Assembly (NCBI GenBank): GCA_001767855.1
Contig: MEMF01000002.1
Location: 808,893-872,892 of the forward strand
Length of the DNA: 64,000 nucleotides
From: Alphaproteobacteria bacterium RIFCSPHIGHO2_01_FULL_41_14
Lineage (GTDB): Bacteria > Pseudomonadota > Alphaproteobacteria > UBA7879 > UBA5542
Reading direction: 5' to 3'
Position 1 is the first letter of the stretch, and every line of letters starts with the position of its first letter. Shown here one piece after another: positions 48,217 to 59,513 of the stretch. Made by a program: the position numbers and the translations under genes. The notes beneath the pieces are model-generated. The model was not told the origin of the DNA, did no database searches, and was given only the letters and a program-made list of their open reading frames with translations.

Positions 48217-48921
48217 TTAATAATTTTCTAGAAACTTTTTGGCAAAGTCAGAGGAAGGGTTCGTGAAAAAATCCCCTGCCGGTTTTTGTTCCAGCAGTTC
48301 CCCATGGTCCATAAAAAACACAAAGTCAGCCACTTTGTGGGCCAACCTTAATTCGTGGGTCGCCACAATAATCAGTCGATCCGGCCGCTTTAAGCTTTGG
48401 ATAAGCGCCCCCACATCATTCACCATGCCCGGGTCTAAGGCCGAGGTTGGCTCATCAAACAGCAAAAGCGGCGGATCCATCATGAGGGCCCGCGCAATGG
48501 CGATTCTCTGTTTCTGACCACCAGATAATTGGGCGGGGTACGAGTCACGCTTGCTCACCAAATTAAAACTTTCAAGGAGACTCAAGGCCTTCCCCTCCAG
48601 GACAGAAAGATCGTTGCCTTTTTTTAACAAAGACGGCGCTAACATAAGGTTCTTCCAAACCGTCAGGTGGGGAAACAATTGGAAATTTTGAAAGACCAGT
48701 CCAATCTCGTCTGACGAGATATGGGTAATAGGATGCCCATTGAAAAAAATTCTTCCCCGCCGAAAAGTTTCAACCCGTGACAGACAGCGCAACAACGTGG
48801 ACTTGCCACTCCCCGAAGGGCCCAAGAGACCAACAACCTGGCCCATGGCTATTTCGAAGGAAATGTCTTTCAGAACTTCCGTTGATTTAAAGGATTTGTA
48901 TAAAGAAGAGACCTTAAGCAT
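48217..48921 (-). CDS. polar amino-acid ABC transporter ATP-binding protein
   Basis: Walker A GPSGSGKST, ABC signature LSGGQKQR, Walker B LLLFDEPTSALD; 234 aa. Confidence 0.85.
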   Translation of the reverse strand: MLKVSSLYKSFKSTEVLKDISFEIAMGQVVGLLGPSGSGKSTLLRCLSRVETFRRGRIFFNGHPITHISSDEIGLVFQNFQLFPHLTVWKNLMLAPSLLKKGNDLSVLEGKALSLLESFNLVSKRDSYPAQLSGGQKQRIAIARALMMDPPLLLFDEPTSALDPGMVNDVGALIQSLKRPDRLIIVATHELRLAHKVADFVFFMDHGELLEQKPAGDFFTNPSSDFAKKFLENY

Positions 48922-49564
48922 AGAGACGCCTCTTTTCCAACAATTTGGCTATGCTGCTGACAGCCAGAACCATAAGATAATACCCAATGGCAGCGATGAT
49001 GTAGGGTTCAAAGTAGAGATACTTTTCCGCCGCCACAATCTGGGTGCGCCTCAATAAATCGGCCTCTCCTATGACGGAGACAAGGGCAGATTCTTTTAAT
49101 AAATCCACAATCTCATTCACCAGAGCCGGCGCAATGGTCCGCATGGCCTGGGGAAACACAATGGTGCGAAAGGTTTGAGTGTACGAGAGACCCAAAACCT
49201 TGCCGGCCTCCCACTGCCCCGGATCGATGGACTGAATGCCCGCCCTCATGATTTCTGAGGTGTAGGCCACAGAGTTCAAGGTAAACGCCAAAATCCCCGC
49301 CTCAAAGGGAGAAAAGGTATATCCTATCAACTGGGGTAAGCCATAGTAAATGAGGCCCAATTGCACCAACAGAGGTGTGCCTCTGAACACAGAGGTATAG
49401 GCCGTCATCGCCCATCTTAAGGACCGGAGAGAGCTTATCTTTGCTAGAGCCATCAAAACGGCCAGGGGCAGCGCACAGAGCAGGGAGGTAACCGTAAACT
49501 TGAGGGTCACCCCCACACCCCCTAGAATAAAGGGCAGAGAGGGAAGAATACTGTCAAACTGCAT
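48914..49564 (-). CDS. polar amino-acid ABC transporter permease (HisM/GlnP family)
   Basis: 216 aa, 5 TM helices, EAA-loop region (YTSEIMRAGIQSI). Confidence 0.85.
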   Translation of the reverse strand: MQFDSILPSLPFILGGVGVTLKFTVTSLLCALPLAVLMALAKISSLRSLRWAMTAYTSVFRGTPLLVQLGLIYYGLPQLIGYTFSPFEAGILAFTLNSVAYTSEIMRAGIQSIDPGQWEAGKVLGLSYTQTFRTIVFPQAMRTIAPALVNEIVDLLKESALVSVIGEADLLRRTQIVAAEKYLYFEPYIIAAIGYYLMVLAVSSIAKLLEKRRLYA

Positions 49565-49570
49565 GAAAGC

Positions 49571-50320
49571 CTATTCTTTCAACCATTGCCTGGCCAACTT
49601 CTGCAACGTTCCCTCTTTCTTAAGCTCCGTGAGGACCTCATTGATGGGCGCGGTGAGGTTTGATCCCTTGGGCAAAGCAATGGCTTCCCCGCCGGTGGAG
49701 TTGCGGTCGATGGGAACGGTTTTCAGTTCTGGCATTTCCTCGGCAATGGCCCGCGCTTCACCGTGACCAATAATCAGACAAGAAATCCGACCAATACGAA
49801 TTTCCTGAATTAATTCTGGAACTTTGTTTAAAGACTTCAGGGTTACCTTGAAAGGCCCCACCAGTTCTTGTTTGGCAAACTGCTCATGGGTGGATCCCTG
49901 TTGCACCCCAAGGACGAGCCCCCTCACATCCTCTAAAGAGGTGATGGGAGACGTTTTCAAACAAACAAGCTCGGTTTTGGCTTCATGGTATTTCTGAGTC
50001 ATGTCCACCGCTTTGATCCGATCTTCCGTAGGGGTCATGGCAGAAATCGCGAGATCAATACTGTGAGATTGCAAAGCACCCAAAAGGCCATCAAAGGACA
50101 TGTCTTTCAGAACGAGGGGGCGCCCTAACCGAGCGGCAACGAGACGAATGAGATCAATATCAAACCCCACCATTTTGCCCTCTTGATAGTATTCAAAGGG
50201 GCGATTATCCGCCGATACGCCCACCATCAGAGGCGTGCCTTGGGATGTCACCTCTTGTTTTCTATCGCACCCCCCCATGAGGAGGATAAGAGCCATGCAG
50301 AGACTGTATAAAATTTTCAC
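49571..50320 (-). CDS. polar amino-acid ABC transporter substrate-binding protein (family 3 SBP)
   Basis: lipoprotein-like signal (LLMGGC) and a type-3 SBP fold pattern; 249 aa. Confidence 0.8.
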   Translation of the reverse strand: MKILYSLCMALILLMGGCDRKQEVTSQGTPLMVGVSADNRPFEYYQEGKMVGFDIDLIRLVAARLGRPLVLKDMSFDGLLGALQSHSIDLAISAMTPTEDRIKAVDMTQKYHEAKTELVCLKTSPITSLEDVRGLVLGVQQGSTHEQFAKQELVGPFKVTLKSLNKVPELIQEIRIGRISCLIIGHGEARAIAEEMPELKTVPIDRNSTGGEAIALPKGSNLTAPINEVLTELKKEGTLQKLARQWLKE

Positions 50321-50413
50321 GACGCGCCTTCTTAAAACAAAAACTGATGAGTTATATCATATTGTTTATAAAATGCATCAATTATTTTTGAGAGCCTCCC
50401 CCCAAAAATTTTT

Positions 50414-50935
50414 TTAGGCTTTGTCTTTCTTGGCCGTATGCTTTTTCTGAGCAGGGCCCTTTTGAGCGGTGGCTTTTTTCTGAGGTGCCGCAGCTTTTTT
50501 AGCTGGTTTTTTCGCAACAACTTCTTGATCAATCACGACGGTATCCTGCGCTTGAGCAACAGCGCCGCGGGGACGGTCCACCAACTCGATCACCGCCATA
50601 GGCGCCGAATCTCCATAACGAAACCCTGCTTTAATGACGCGCGTATATCCGCCAGCGCGGCTTTTATAACGATCTGCAAACGTGGTGAGAAGCTTTGACA
50701 CAACTTCTTGGTTGTTGTTTAATCGGTTCATCAGAACACGACGGACGTGCAAACTATCAGACCCATTCTTAGCCATTGTAATAAATTTCTCCACAACGGA
50801 CCGAAGATCTTTTGCCTTGGGAAGGGTTGTGGTGATTTGCTCATGCAAAAACAATGAGTTGGACATATTCATAAACAACGCGCGACGATGGCTCGAGGTT
50901 CTATTTAATTTCCTACCAGATAATTTGTGGCGCAT
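50414..50935 (-). CDS. rplQ: 50S ribosomal protein L17 with Lys/Ala-rich C-terminal extension
   Basis: [25 protein letters not shown]17 N-terminus; the C-terminal ~55 aa are [14 protein letters not shown]-type low complexity. Confidence 0.9.
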   Translation of the reverse strand: MRHKLSGRKLNRTSSHRRALFMNMSNSLFLHEQITTTLPKAKDLRSVVEKFITMAKNGSDSLHVRRVLMNRLNNNQEVVSKLLTTFADRYKSRAGGYTRVIKAGFRYGDSAPMAVIELVDRPRGAVAQAQDTVVIDQEVVAKKPAKKAAAPQKKATAQKGPAQKKHTAKKDKA

Positions 50936-50954
50936 TTCTTAATTCTCCAAAATC

Positions 50955-51986
50955 TTAAAAGGACGCTTCATCGATCTTTTTTGATAAATCTTCGATATTC
51001 TCAGGGGGCCAATCCGGCACATCCATGCCCAACCCTAAGCCCATGCTGACCAAAACCTGTTTAATCTCATTCAACGATTTACGACCAAAGTTCGGTGTCT
51101 TCAACATTTCAGCTTCAGACCGTTGAACCAAGTCTCCGATGTAAATAATGTTATCGTTCTTCAAGCAGTTCGCAGCACGAACAGAAAGCTCGAGTTCTGA
51201 TACCTTCCGCAACAGGGCTGGTGAGAAAGGTAGCTTGCTTTCAGTTTCTGTCTTCTGTATTTCCACAGGATCTTCAAAGTTGATCAACGGACGAAGTTGA
51301 TCTTGCAACACACGAGATCCGAGCGCAATGGCATCTTCTGGCTTTACCGTTCCATTTGTTTCAATTTCAATGATAAGCTTGTCATAGTCGGTCACTTGTC
51401 CCACACGCGTATGCTCCACATAGTACGCAACCTTCTTAATAGGGTTGAAAAGAGAGTCAATGGGAATCACGCCAACAGGAGTGGTCTCTTTGCGATTTTG
51501 AGCCGCCGGCAGATACCCCTTACCGTTTTCCACTGTCATTTCAATGGAAAGGCTTGCATCTTTATCCATATGGCAAATCACCAGATCAGGATTCATGATT
51601 TCAACTTCAGATCCTGTCTTAATCATGCCCGCCGTCACCACGCCTGCACCCTTGTGGACCAAGTGGATTTTTTTAGGGGTTGTTGTATGAAGCTTAAGAG
51701 CCAAAGATTTAATGTTCAAGATAATATCCGTCACATCTTCCATAACGCCTGGAATAGACGAGAACTCGTGGACCACACCTTCGATTTGAATAGAGGTCAC
51801 GGCAGCGCCGCGTACAGAAGACAAAAGCACCCGACGCAAGGCATTCCCGAGGGTAAGGCCATAGCCTCTTTCCAAAGGTTCTACTACCAAACGCGCAATG
51901 TTGCCGTCTTTATCAAGGTTCTTAAGATGAATATCTTTTGGTTTAATAAGCTCTTGCCAATTTTGCTGTATCACTTTGGACTCCAA
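50955..51986 (-). CDS. rpoA: DNA-directed RNA polymerase subunit alpha
   Basis: alpha NTD and CTD (helix-hairpin-helix) recognisable; 343 aa; conserved position after rpsK. Confidence 0.95.
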   Translation of the reverse strand: MESKVIQQNWQELIKPKDIHLKNLDKDGNIARLVVEPLERGYGLTLGNALRRVLLSSVRGAAVTSIQIEGVVHEFSSIPGVMEDVTDIILNIKSLALKLHTTTPKKIHLVHKGAGVVTAGMIKTGSEVEIMNPDLVICHMDKDASLSIEMTVENGKGYLPAAQNRKETTPVGVIPIDSLFNPIKKVAYYVEHTRVGQVTDYDKLIIEIETNGTVKPEDAIALGSRVLQDQLRPLINFEDPVEIQKTETESKLPFSPALLRKVSELELSVRAANCLKNDNIIYIGDLVQRSEAEMLKTPNFGRKSLNEIKQVLVSMGLGLGMDVPDWPPENIEDLSKKIDEASF

Positions 51987-52014
51987 TACTCTCTATGATG
52001 ATTTTCGTATAAAA

Positions 52015-52407
52015 TTAAACTCGGCGGCGTTTTCTTGGACGCGTCCCATTGTGAGGAAGGGGCGTCACATCGCGAATTGAAGACACAGAAAACCCAACAC
52101 TCAAAAGAGCGCGCAAGGCGGACTCTCTGCCTGATCCTGGGCCTTTTACTTCCACGGTTAAATTCTTAACCCCGTGTTCTTTTGCTTTACGCCCAACGGC
52201 TTCCGCCGCGATCTGTGCCGCAAAGGGAGTTGATTTTTTGGATCCTTTAAATCCATTTGCCCCGGCTGTGGACCACACAATGGTGTTCCCTTGCAGGTCA
52301 GTGATGTTGATCACTGTATTGTTAAACGTTGAATTGATATGGGCCATGGCAGCGGGAACATTTTTCCGCTCGCGACGCCGAAGTTTTGTAGTACCTTGCT
52401 GTGCCAT
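52015..52407 (-). CDS. rpsK: 30S ribosomal protein S11
   Basis: 130 aa, S11 consensus ([16 protein letters not shown]..., [13 protein letters not shown]). Confidence 0.95.
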   Translation of the reverse strand: MAQQGTTKLRRRERKNVPAAMAHINSTFNNTVINITDLQGNTIVWSTAGANGFKGSKKSTPFAAQIAAEAVGRKAKEHGVKNLTVEVKGPGSGRESALRALLSVGFSVSSIRDVTPLPHNGTRPRKRRRV

Positions 52408-52421
52408 TTAAATCTTATTCC

Positions 52422-52796
52422 TTAAACTGCTTTTTTCTTGCCTGCGATGGGCTTGGCTTTTCCTTTACGCGTCCGCGCATTGGTATGAGTTCTCTGGCCA
52501 CGTGTCGGAAGCCCCTTCCGATGACGCAATCCCCGATAGCACCCCAAATCAACAAGGCGCTTGATGTTCATAGAGACAAGCCGACGCAGGTCTCCTTCAA
52601 CTTGGTAGCCCTCATCGATAATATCTCGAATTTTTGATAACTCGTCTTCCGTCAACTGATGAACGCGACGTGCACTGGTGATAGTTGCTTTCTTACAAAT
52701 CTCAGCTGCTTTGGTTCTTCCAATGCCATAAATATACGTCAAAGCAATCTCAACCCTTTTTTGAGACGGGACATTCACACCAGCAATACGAGCCAC
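52422..52796 (-). CDS. rpsM: 30S ribosomal protein S13
   Basis: [27 protein letters not shown]13 N-terminus; 124 aa. Confidence 0.95.
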   Translation of the reverse strand: MARIAGVNVPSQKRVEIALTYIYGIGRTKAAEICKKATITSARRVHQLTEDELSKIRDIIDEGYQVEGDLRRLVSMNIKRLVDLGCYRGLRHRKGLPTRGQRTHTNARTRKGKAKPIAGKKKAV

Positions 52797-52878
52797 TCTT
52801 AAAACTCCTTAAAATCAAAGTCCAATTAAAACAGAAAAAACAGGCTTTCTGTGGTTCTATAGATAAAACAGGCCAGAG

Positions 52879-53544
52879 TCAAGTCTTTCCTGACGACACC
52901 ACGGCTGCCAATATTTCGTTTGACACCTCTGCCATGGGCTTTGTTACATCAATTTCCCTTAACAATCCCTTTTTTTGATAAAAAGGAAGAAGGGGCATGG
53001 TTTGATCGCGATAAATGCGCAGCCGTTCTGCAACGCGTTCAACCGCATCATCTGTGCGACGGGTAAACTCATGCGACCCACACGCATCACAGACACCCTC
53101 ATGGTGAGGTTTCTTAAAATACTCATTATAAGTAGCACCACAGACCGCGCAAGTAAAGCGTCCAGAGAGTCTTTTTGTTAAAATTTCTTCCTGAATGGCA
53201 AAATAAATAACGCATTGAATCGTTTGCCCCTTTGTGGACAGAAACCGATCAAACCATTCTGCCTGGCTGACGGTCCGAGGAAACCCGTCAAATATAAACC
53301 CGGAGTCAAGAGACTGATGGGCAAGATATGCTGTCAATGTTTCCAGAACTAACGGTTCAGGCGGGAAAAGCCCTTTATCCATATTCTCTTTAATCTTCAT
53401 CCCAAGTACCGTTTTTTGCTGCACTTCGTGACGCAAAATAGCACCCGTTGAGACATGGTGCAAAGAAAGGGGACCCTTTAAAAGGGCCGCCTGAGTGCCC
53501 TTTCCACAACCGGGGGGGCCAAAAAATACAATATTTTTCTGCAT
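52879..53544 (-). CDS. adk: adenylate kinase
   Basis: P-loop GPPGCGKGTQA, LID region with a Cys4 Zn-knuckle (CAVCG...CDACG); 221 aa. Confidence 0.95.
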   Translation of the reverse strand: MQKNIVFFGPPGCGKGTQAALLKGPLSLHHVSTGAILRHEVQQKTVLGMKIKENMDKGLFPPEPLVLETLTAYLAHQSLDSGFIFDGFPRTVSQAEWFDRFLSTKGQTIQCVIYFAIQEEILTKRLSGRFTCAVCGATYNEYFKKPHHEGVCDACGSHEFTRRTDDAVERVAERLRIYRDQTMPLLPFYQKKGLLREIDVTKPMAEVSNEILAAVVSSGKT

Positions 53545-54866
53545 TACTTCTTTAGATTAAACCGAGACTTTTTCAACAGACCTTCATATTGGTAGGCGAG
53601 AAGGTGCGAGTGAAGCTGAGCCACCGTGTCCATAGTGACACCCACAACGATTAAAAGACTGGTTCCCCCTAAATAAAACGGTAACGCATATTTTGCTTTC
53701 AACAATTCTGGCAAGAGGCAAACCGTCACAAGATAGGCGGCTCCCACCACCGTGAGGCGTGTTAAGACATAGTCCAAATATTCTGCCGTGCTCGCTCCCG
53801 GTCGAATGCCCGGAATAAAGGTGCCTGATTTTTTCAGGTTTTCGGCCGTCTCTTCAGGGTTAAACATAAGCGCCGTATAAAAGAAGGCAAAGAAGGTAAT
53901 GAGCAAACTAGACAAAATCATATAGACCGGTTGCCCCGGCTGAACATAATAAATGACCTTCTGCAAAAACTCGTTTTCCACGTTCAATCCCCCCAACACC
54001 GTCATGGGAAGCAAAAGCAGAGAGCTGGCAAAAATGGCCGGGATCACCCCCGCATTGTTAATCTTCAGAGGTAAGTGAGAACTTTCTCCTCCGAACACTT
54101 TTTGACCCATTTGACGCTTGGGCTGTTGAATCACCACTTTTAATTGGGCACGTTCCACAAAGATAATAAAGGCAATCACCCCCGCGAGGAGGGCTAAGAT
54201 GAATAAAATAAACATCACGTGATACTCCCCTTCACGGCCCATATCAATCATGCGCAACGCTGCTTGGGGCAAGTTCGCGACGATGCCCGAGAAAATAATC
54301 AAGGAGATTCCATTTCCAATGCCACGAGACGTGATCTGTTCCCCAAGCCACACCAAAAACATGGTACTTCCCACGACGGTTAAAACGGTGGTGATTTCAA
54401 AGAACAAACCGGGATCAAGAACGGCTTGCTGACTTTCCAATGTTTTGGCCAAGGCAAACGCCTGAATAGAGGCCAACAACACGGTGCCATAGCGTGTATA
54501 CTGGTTCAGCTTTTTACGGCCCGATTCTCCTTCTTTGCGAAGAGATTGCCACGGCGGATAGACAGCCCCCAAAAGCTGGACGATGATGCTGGACGTGATA
54601 TAGGGCATAATGTTCAGAGCGAAAATGGTCATCCGCCACAAAGCTCCCCCTGAGAACATGTCCACCATTCCCAAAATACCTGTGGCATTCCGCTGTGCAA
54701 TGGAGGCAATGACAGACATATCAACACCGGGGAGAGGAATGTACGTTCCAAGACGATAAATAATTAACGCCCCTAGCGTAAACCAGATGCGTTTTTTTAG
54801 TTCTTCTGCTTTAGAAAAAAGCCTAAAATCTAAATTGGATGCGAGTTGTTCTGCCGCCGATGCCAT
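53544..54866 (-). CDS. secY: preprotein translocase subunit SecY
   Basis: 440 aa, 10 TM helices, conserved SecY segments (GISLIIFSGIVANLP...). Confidence 0.95.
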   Translation of the reverse strand: MASAAEQLASNLDFRLFSKAEELKKRIWFTLGALIIYRLGTYIPLPGVDMSVIASIAQRNATGILGMVDMFSGGALWRMTIFALNIMPYITSSIIVQLLGAVYPPWQSLRKEGESGRKKLNQYTRYGTVLLASIQAFALAKTLESQQAVLDPGLFFEITTVLTVVGSTMFLVWLGEQITSRGIGNGISLIIFSGIVANLPQAALRMIDMGREGEYHVMFILFILALLAGVIAFIIFVERAQLKVVIQQPKRQMGQKVFGGESSHLPLKINNAGVIPAIFASSLLLLPMTVLGGLNVENEFLQKVIYYVQPGQPVYMILSSLLITFFAFFYTALMFNPEETAENLKKSGTFIPGIRPGASTAEYLDYVLTRLTVVGAAYLVTVCLLPELLKAKYALPFYLGGTSLLIVVGVTMDTVAQLHSHLLAYQYEGLLKKSRFNLKK

Positions 54867-54896
54867 GGTATTCCTCAGATAATAATGGTTATTTTT

Positions 54897-55370
54897 TTAC
54901 GCTTGAATGGTCGGAAGCTTAACCTGGCCCCCTCGTTTTTCAACAAAAACTTGGGCTGATTTTGAGGCTTGATCCACTTCGATGGTGATCTTTGCCGTGA
55001 GGTCGCCCTTAGCCAAAAGCTTTAAAGTACCCGCCACACTCCGGATCAACCCTGCGCTCACCAAATTTTCTTTAGTAATCACAGCTGCTGCATCCAGTTT
55101 CTTGGCATCAATGGCGTCTTGAATGCTTCCAAGATTCACAAGAGATCCTTCCGGACCACGAACGAACGCTCTTTTAAATCCGCGCTTTGGAACACGCAAT
55201 TGGATCGGCATCTGACCCCCTTCAAACCCTTTAATGGCCACACCAGAACGGGCTTTTTGCCCCTTTTGTCCGTGACCACACGTCTTACCAAGTCCAGATC
55301 CAATCCCACGCCCTACTCGTTTCCGAGCAGACGTCGCCCCGCGATTATCTCGAATTGTGTTTAACTTCAT
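54897..55370 (-). CDS. rplO: 50S ribosomal protein L15
   Basis: MKLNTIRDNRGATSARKRVGRGIGSGLGKTCGHGQKG L15 N-terminus. Confidence 0.95.
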   Translation of the reverse strand: MKLNTIRDNRGATSARKRVGRGIGSGLGKTCGHGQKGQKARSGVAIKGFEGGQMPIQLRVPKRGFKRAFVRGPEGSLVNLGSIQDAIDAKKLDAAAVITKENLVSAGLIRSVAGTLKLLAKGDLTAKITIEVDQASKSAQVFVEKRGGQVKLPTIQA

Positions 55371-55375
55371 TTTAA

Positions 55376-55567
55376 TTATCCTTTAATGTCTTCAACTTTT
55401 ACCAAGTGACTGACCCGACGAATCAACCCCCGCACAGAAGGGGTATCTTCCACTTCTTTCACGCGATGGAGTTTCCCAAGCCCCAAGCCTTTCAAACACA
55501 GAGCTTGATAATCCTTACGCCCGATGGCGCTGCCGGTCTGTTCGACTCTTAATTTACCCTTACTCAT
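55376..55567 (-). CDS. rpmD: 50S ribosomal protein L30
   Basis: ~63 aa ORF between rpsE and rplO with a ferredoxin-like L30 pattern ([28 protein letters not shown]). Confidence 0.85.
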   Translation of the reverse strand: MSKGKLRVEQTGSAIGRKDYQALCLKGLGLGKLHRVKEVEDTPSVRGLIRRVSHLVKVEDIKG

Positions 55568-56117
55568 CTGACACACCATTTTCCGCCGCAGAGGATTTTG
55601 TTTCTCTGTTGCCTATAATCTCCGAAATCTTTTTCCCACGACGGGCAGCCACTTGGCGCGGAGAAGAGACGTTCTTCAAGGCCTCGAAAGTTGCCTTTAC
55701 CATGTTGTGTGGGTTGTTTGATCCAACGGATTTTGCAACCACGTCGTGTATCCCGAGCACTTCAAAAATAGCCCGCATAGGTCCACCGGCCTTAATTCCA
55801 GTTCCAACTGTCGCTGTGCGAATCACCACACGACCAGCCCCAAAGTGACCGATCAAATCATGATGTACGGTCCTACCTTCTCTTAAGGGAACCTTAATCA
55901 TCGTCCTGTGCGCTTGTTCATTCGCTTTACGGATAGCATCTGGCACTTCAGCTGCTTTTCCAAGCCCGTACCCAACACGTCCTTTTGTATCGCCCACAAC
56001 AACCAAAGCTGAGAAGGAAAAGTTTTTTCCTCCTTTTACAACCTTCGTAACGCGGTTAATACCGACGAGCTTGTCAACAAGTCCACTTTCAATTTTTTCC
56101 GATTTCTCGCGTGCCAT
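55560..56117 (-). CDS. rpsE: 30S ribosomal protein S5
   Basis: dsRBD-like N-domain and [10 protein letters not shown]...[11 protein letters not shown]5 motifs; 185 aa. Confidence 0.95.
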   Translation of the reverse strand: MAREKSEKIESGLVDKLVGINRVTKVVKGGKNFSFSALVVVGDTKGRVGYGLGKAAEVPDAIRKANEQAHRTMIKVPLREGRTVHHDLIGHFGAGRVVIRTATVGTGIKAGGPMRAIFEVLGIHDVVAKSVGSNNPHNMVKATFEALKNVSSPRQVAARRGKKISEIIGNRETKSSAAENGVSDE

Positions 56118-56130
56118 TTTTTGTCCTTAA

Positions 56131-56496
56131 TTAAAAATCTAATCCACCAGAACGAGCCCCCATTGCCAAAGCCTTCACACGGCCGTGGTAAATATAGGGT
56201 CCCCGATCAAATACAACGGCCTTAATCCCCGCTTTCTGAGCGCGCTCTGCCAGAGCGATCCCAACAGCTTCTGCCGAGGCGATATTCCACCCCTTCTGAA
56301 TCTGAGCTTTAAGCTTTTGATCAAGAGAGGAGGCAGACGCGAGCGTCACGCCCTTTTCATCATCGATAATCTGAGCATAAATATGCTGATTTGACCGAAA
56401 CACAGAAAGACGCGGTTTTTTCGTTTTCGATAGAGACTTAATGGCCCATCGATTTCTGTATTGACGACGATTAGAAAGTTCTTTTTTAGAATTCAT
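56131..56496 (-). CDS. rplR: 50S ribosomal protein L18
   Basis: basic N-terminus RRQYRNR..., the L18 fold; start chosen at the Met that abuts rplF (the track ORF extends 15 codons upstream into rplF). Confidence 0.85.
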   Translation of the reverse strand: MNSKKELSNRRQYRNRWAIKSLSKTKKPRLSVFRSNQHIYAQIIDDEKGVTLASASSLDQKLKAQIQKGWNIASAEAVGIALAERAQKAGIKAVVFDRGPYIYHGRVKALAMGARSGGLDF

Positions 56497-56497
56497 T

Positions 56498-57031
56498 TTA
56501 CTTCTTCTTACCTTCTTTACGAACAATACGTTCGTTTTCATACTTGATGCCCTTGCCCTTATACGGTTCAGGACGACGGAATCCTCTGATTTCTGCAGCT
56601 ATTTGTCCTACACGTTGACGGCTTGCTCCAGAAACAGTGATAGAAGTTGGCTTTTCACACTTAATCGTAATCCCCTGGGGGATGGCATACACAACTTCGT
56701 GGCTATATCCCAGCTGCATCACAAGATTTGATCCTTGCACAGCGGCACGATATCCCACACCGCTGATTTCTAGGTTGACAGAGAATCCTTTGGTCACCCC
56801 TTCCACCAAGTTTGCGATCAAATTGCGCACAGTGCCCCACATGGATCGAGCGACTTTTGACTCATCCCGAGGGTGAACCAAAATTTTGGAATCTGCATAA
56901 GTTACCTCCACAGAACTGTGAAGCGCCACAGATAGCTCACCCCGAGAGCCTCTTGCTTTCAGAAGTCCTGGGGTTAGATCAACCGTAACGCCAGCAGGAA
57001 TAATAATTGGATTTTTACCGATACGAGACAT
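56498..57031 (-). CDS. rplF: 50S ribosomal protein L6
   Basis: [18 protein letters not shown]6 N-terminus; 177 aa. Confidence 0.95.
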   Translation of the reverse strand: MSRIGKNPIIIPAGVTVDLTPGLLKARGSRGELSVALHSSVEVTYADSKILVHPRDESKVARSMWGTVRNLIANLVEGVTKGFSVNLEISGVGYRAAVQGSNLVMQLGYSHEVVYAIPQGITIKCEKPTSITVSGASRQRVGQIAAEIRGFRRPEPYKGKGIKYENERIVRKEGKKK

Positions 57032-57048
57032 AATAACCTAACTTTTCT

Positions 57049-57447
57049 TTAAAATACTCGACACAAAATTTCTCCGCCCACATTTAGCTTGCGCGCGGCG
57101 GCATCCGATAAAATGCCTTTCGAGGTGGATAATACATACATTCCAAGACCATTGGAAGGCTTAGAAAGACTTTCAATGGAAGAATATGTTCTGCGACCCG
57201 GGGTTGACACCCGATCAATCTTTTGGATGACCGGCATCCCTTCGAAATACTTCAGCTCGACTTCTATCTCAGAGATCCCTTCTCGCACAGGATGTACCTG
57301 ATATGCGCGAATATACCCTTCCTCTTTCAACACTTCAAGGATGTTGAGGTTGATTTTAGAATAAAGACAGCGCACAGCACTTTTCTTTGCTTTGTGAGCG
57401 TTTCTAATGCGGGATAGCAAATCTGCAATAGGGTCTGTCATTGTCAT
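57049..57447 (-). CDS. rpsH: 30S ribosomal protein S8
   Basis: MTMTDPIADLLSRIRNA S8 N-terminus; 132 aa. Confidence 0.95.
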   Translation of the reverse strand: MTMTDPIADLLSRIRNAHKAKKSAVRCLYSKINLNILEVLKEEGYIRAYQVHPVREGISEIEVELKYFEGMPVIQKIDRVSTPGRRTYSSIESLSKPSNGLGMYVLSTSKGILSDAAARKLNVGGEILCRVF

Positions 57448-57465
57448 TTTTTATAATCCTTTATC

Positions 57466-57771
57466 TTACCAACTCGACTTTGTCATTCCGGGAATGGCAC
57501 CCGCAGATGCCAGGTCCCTTAACGCAATACGAGATAAACCTAAATGTCTATAATAACCACGCGCTCTACCCGAAACAGCGCACCGATTCCGAATCCGTAC
57601 ACGTGAACCACTCCGCGGCAGTTCAGCCAATTTCAAAACAGCTTGAAAGCGATCATCCACCGACACATTCTTGTCTTGAACAACCTTCTTCAGTTCAGCT
57701 CTTTTTTTACGAAAAGAAGCACAAACTTTCTTTCTTTTTTCGTTCGATTCAATGGAACCTTTTTTTGCCAT
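57466..57771 (-). CDS. rpsN: 30S ribosomal protein S14 (long, non-zinc form)
   Basis: MAKKGSIESNEKRKK...RNRCAVSGRARGYYRHLGLSRIALRDLASAGAIPGMTKSSW; 101 aa. Confidence 0.95.
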   Translation of the reverse strand: MAKKGSIESNEKRKKVCASFRKKRAELKKVVQDKNVSVDDRFQAVLKLAELPRSGSRVRIRNRCAVSGRARGYYRHLGLSRIALRDLASAGAIPGMTKSSW

Positions 57772-57780
57772 CAATGTCTC

Positions 57781-58320
57781 CTAATTTATAAACGGCATGC
57801 CAAACCCCTTCAGAAGCGCGCGGGCCTCCTCATTGGTTTTAGCAGTTGTCACAATAACCACGTTTAGTCCTCTGATTTGATCAATTTTGTCATAATCAAT
57901 CTCGGGGAAAACGATTTGTTCTTTAATACCCAGTGCATAGTTCCCTTTTCCGTCGAAACTACGAGGAGAAACGCCGCGAAAGTCACGAACCCGTGGAAGG
58001 GCAATGGTAATCAACCGGTCTAAAAATTCATACATGCGAGCACCTCTCAGGGTTACTTTCACCCCAAGATCCATGCCTTCCCGTACTTTAAATCCCGCAA
58101 TAGATCCGCGTGCTTTTGTCACCACAGGTTTTTGGCCCGCAATCACTGTCAAGTCTGTGACAGCCGCCGTGATCTTTTTATTGTCCCGCACCGCTTCTCC
58201 CACACCCATGTTCAGAACAATTTTCTTAAGCACCGGCGCCTGCATAGGCGTGGTATAAGAAAACTGCTGAATAAGCTCTGGCTTTAATGACTCTACATAT
58301 AGCTTTTTCAATCTAACCAT
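57781..58320 (-). CDS. rplE: 50S ribosomal protein L5
   Basis: 179 aa, L5 consensus ([17 protein letters not shown]...). Confidence 0.95.
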   Translation of the reverse strand: MVRLKKLYVESLKPELIQQFSYTTPMQAPVLKKIVLNMGVGEAVRDNKKITAAVTDLTVIAGQKPVVTKARGSIAGFKVREGMDLGVKVTLRGARMYEFLDRLITIALPRVRDFRGVSPRSFDGKGNYALGIKEQIVFPEIDYDKIDQIRGLNVVIVTTAKTNEEARALLKGFGMPFIN

Positions 58321-58327
58321 TTTATCT

Positions 58328-58672
58328 CTACTTTAACTCTTTACCTGAACTCTTCAAGAAACGAACTTTTTTGCCCTTATTTTCACCCTTATTTTCACCC
58401 TGGGCTAAAATCTTGATCCCCATCTTCGAGGGTTTCCTTGTTTCCATATCCATATGCGCCACATTAGACACGTGAAGGCTCAATTCTTTTTCAAGAACAC
58501 CATTTGGGTTTGCAGGGCTTGGGCGTAAATGCCTCTTCACCACATTGACACCCTTTACAATAACGCGATCTTTTTCAGTGAAAACTTTAGAAATCTCTCC
58601 GGACTTACCCTTATGACTTCCTGAAATGACCACAACATGATCGCCTTTTTTGACATGAAATTTTTTGTTCAT
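58328..58672 (-). CDS. rplX: 50S ribosomal protein L24
   Basis: KOW motif [22 protein letters not shown]; 114 aa. Confidence 0.95.
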   Translation of the reverse strand: MNKKFHVKKGDHVVVISGSHKGKSGEISKVFTEKDRVIVKGVNVVKRHLRPSPANPNGVLEKELSLHVSNVAHMDMETRKPSKMGIKILAQGENKGENKGKKVRFLKSSGKELK

Positions 58673-59040
58673 TACAGAACCTCTGGGGCTAAAGAAATAA
58701 TTTTCATAAAATTCTTAGAACGCAATTCACGGGTAACAGGGCCGAAAATACGCGTTCCAATGGGCTCGCCTTGATTATTCAAAAGAACGGCGGCATTGTT
58801 ATCAAAGGAAATCTTTGTCCCATCATTCCGCACAATCCCATGAGCCGTCCGCACGATCACCGCCTTGTGAACGCTTCCTTTAGAAACCTTACCGCGCGGA
58901 ATAGCTTCTTTCACCGTGACAACGATAATGTCGCCAATGGATGCCGTCCGTCTTTTAGACCCACCAAGCACCTTGATACACTCAACACGACGCGCGCCCG
59001 AGTTATCAGCAACGTGTAAACTTGTTTGCATTTGAATCAT
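58672..59040 (-). CDS. rplN: 50S ribosomal protein L14
   Basis: [28 protein letters not shown]14 N-terminus; 122 aa. Confidence 0.95.
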   Translation of the reverse strand: MIQMQTSLHVADNSGARRVECIKVLGGSKRRTASIGDIIVVTVKEAIPRGKVSKGSVHKAVIVRTAHGIVRNDGTKISFDNNAAVLLNNQGEPIGTRIFGPVTRELRSKNFMKIISLAPEVL

Positions 59041-59049
59041 AATACTACC

Positions 59050-59292
59050 CTATGCCTTATCTGCTTTTGAGAGAACAATCCAAGTTTTTCTTTTCGAAAT
59101 GGGACGGCACTCTTCGATATTGACGATATCACCCTCAGCAAAAGCGTTCTTCTCGTCATGAGCCGCATACCTTTTTGATTTTGTAATATACTTCTTGTAA
59201 ACCTGATGCATAAAGCGACGATCCACCTTCACGATGATGGTCTTATCTGCTTTATCACTGACAACAACTCCTTTAAGTACTCGACGAGGCAT
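59050..59292 (-). CDS. rpsQ: 30S ribosomal protein S17
   Basis: 80 aa, OB-fold pattern [23 protein letters not shown]. Confidence 0.95.
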   Translation of the reverse strand: MPRRVLKGVVVSDKADKTIIVKVDRRFMHQVYKKYITKSKRYAAHDEKNAFAEGDIVNIEECRPISKRKTWIVLSKADKA

Positions 59293-59308
59293 TTTTATCT
59301 TTTCCTAA

Positions 59309-59503
59309 CTACTTTTGTTTGCGTCCGGCGTTGAGAAGTGTCTTAATACGCGCGATGGACCGACGCACTTCTCGCACACGCACGGTGTTTGTTAACTGAC
59401 CAGCGACTTTCTGAAACCGAAGGTTAAAGGATTCTTTTTTTAAATCCAGAACCATTTTTTTCAGTTCATCTGTCTTTTTCTTCCTAAGATCAATGGCTTT
59501 CAT
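59309..59503 (-). CDS. rpmC: 50S ribosomal protein L29
   Basis: start at [16 protein letters not shown] (L29 consensus), 10 bp after the rplP stop; the track ORF extends 19 codons upstream into rplP. Confidence 0.9.
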   Translation of the reverse strand: MKAIDLRKKKTDELKKMVLDLKKESFNLRFQKVAGQLTNTVRVREVRRSIARIKTLLNAGRKQK

Positions 59504-59513
59504 TGTCTCAATC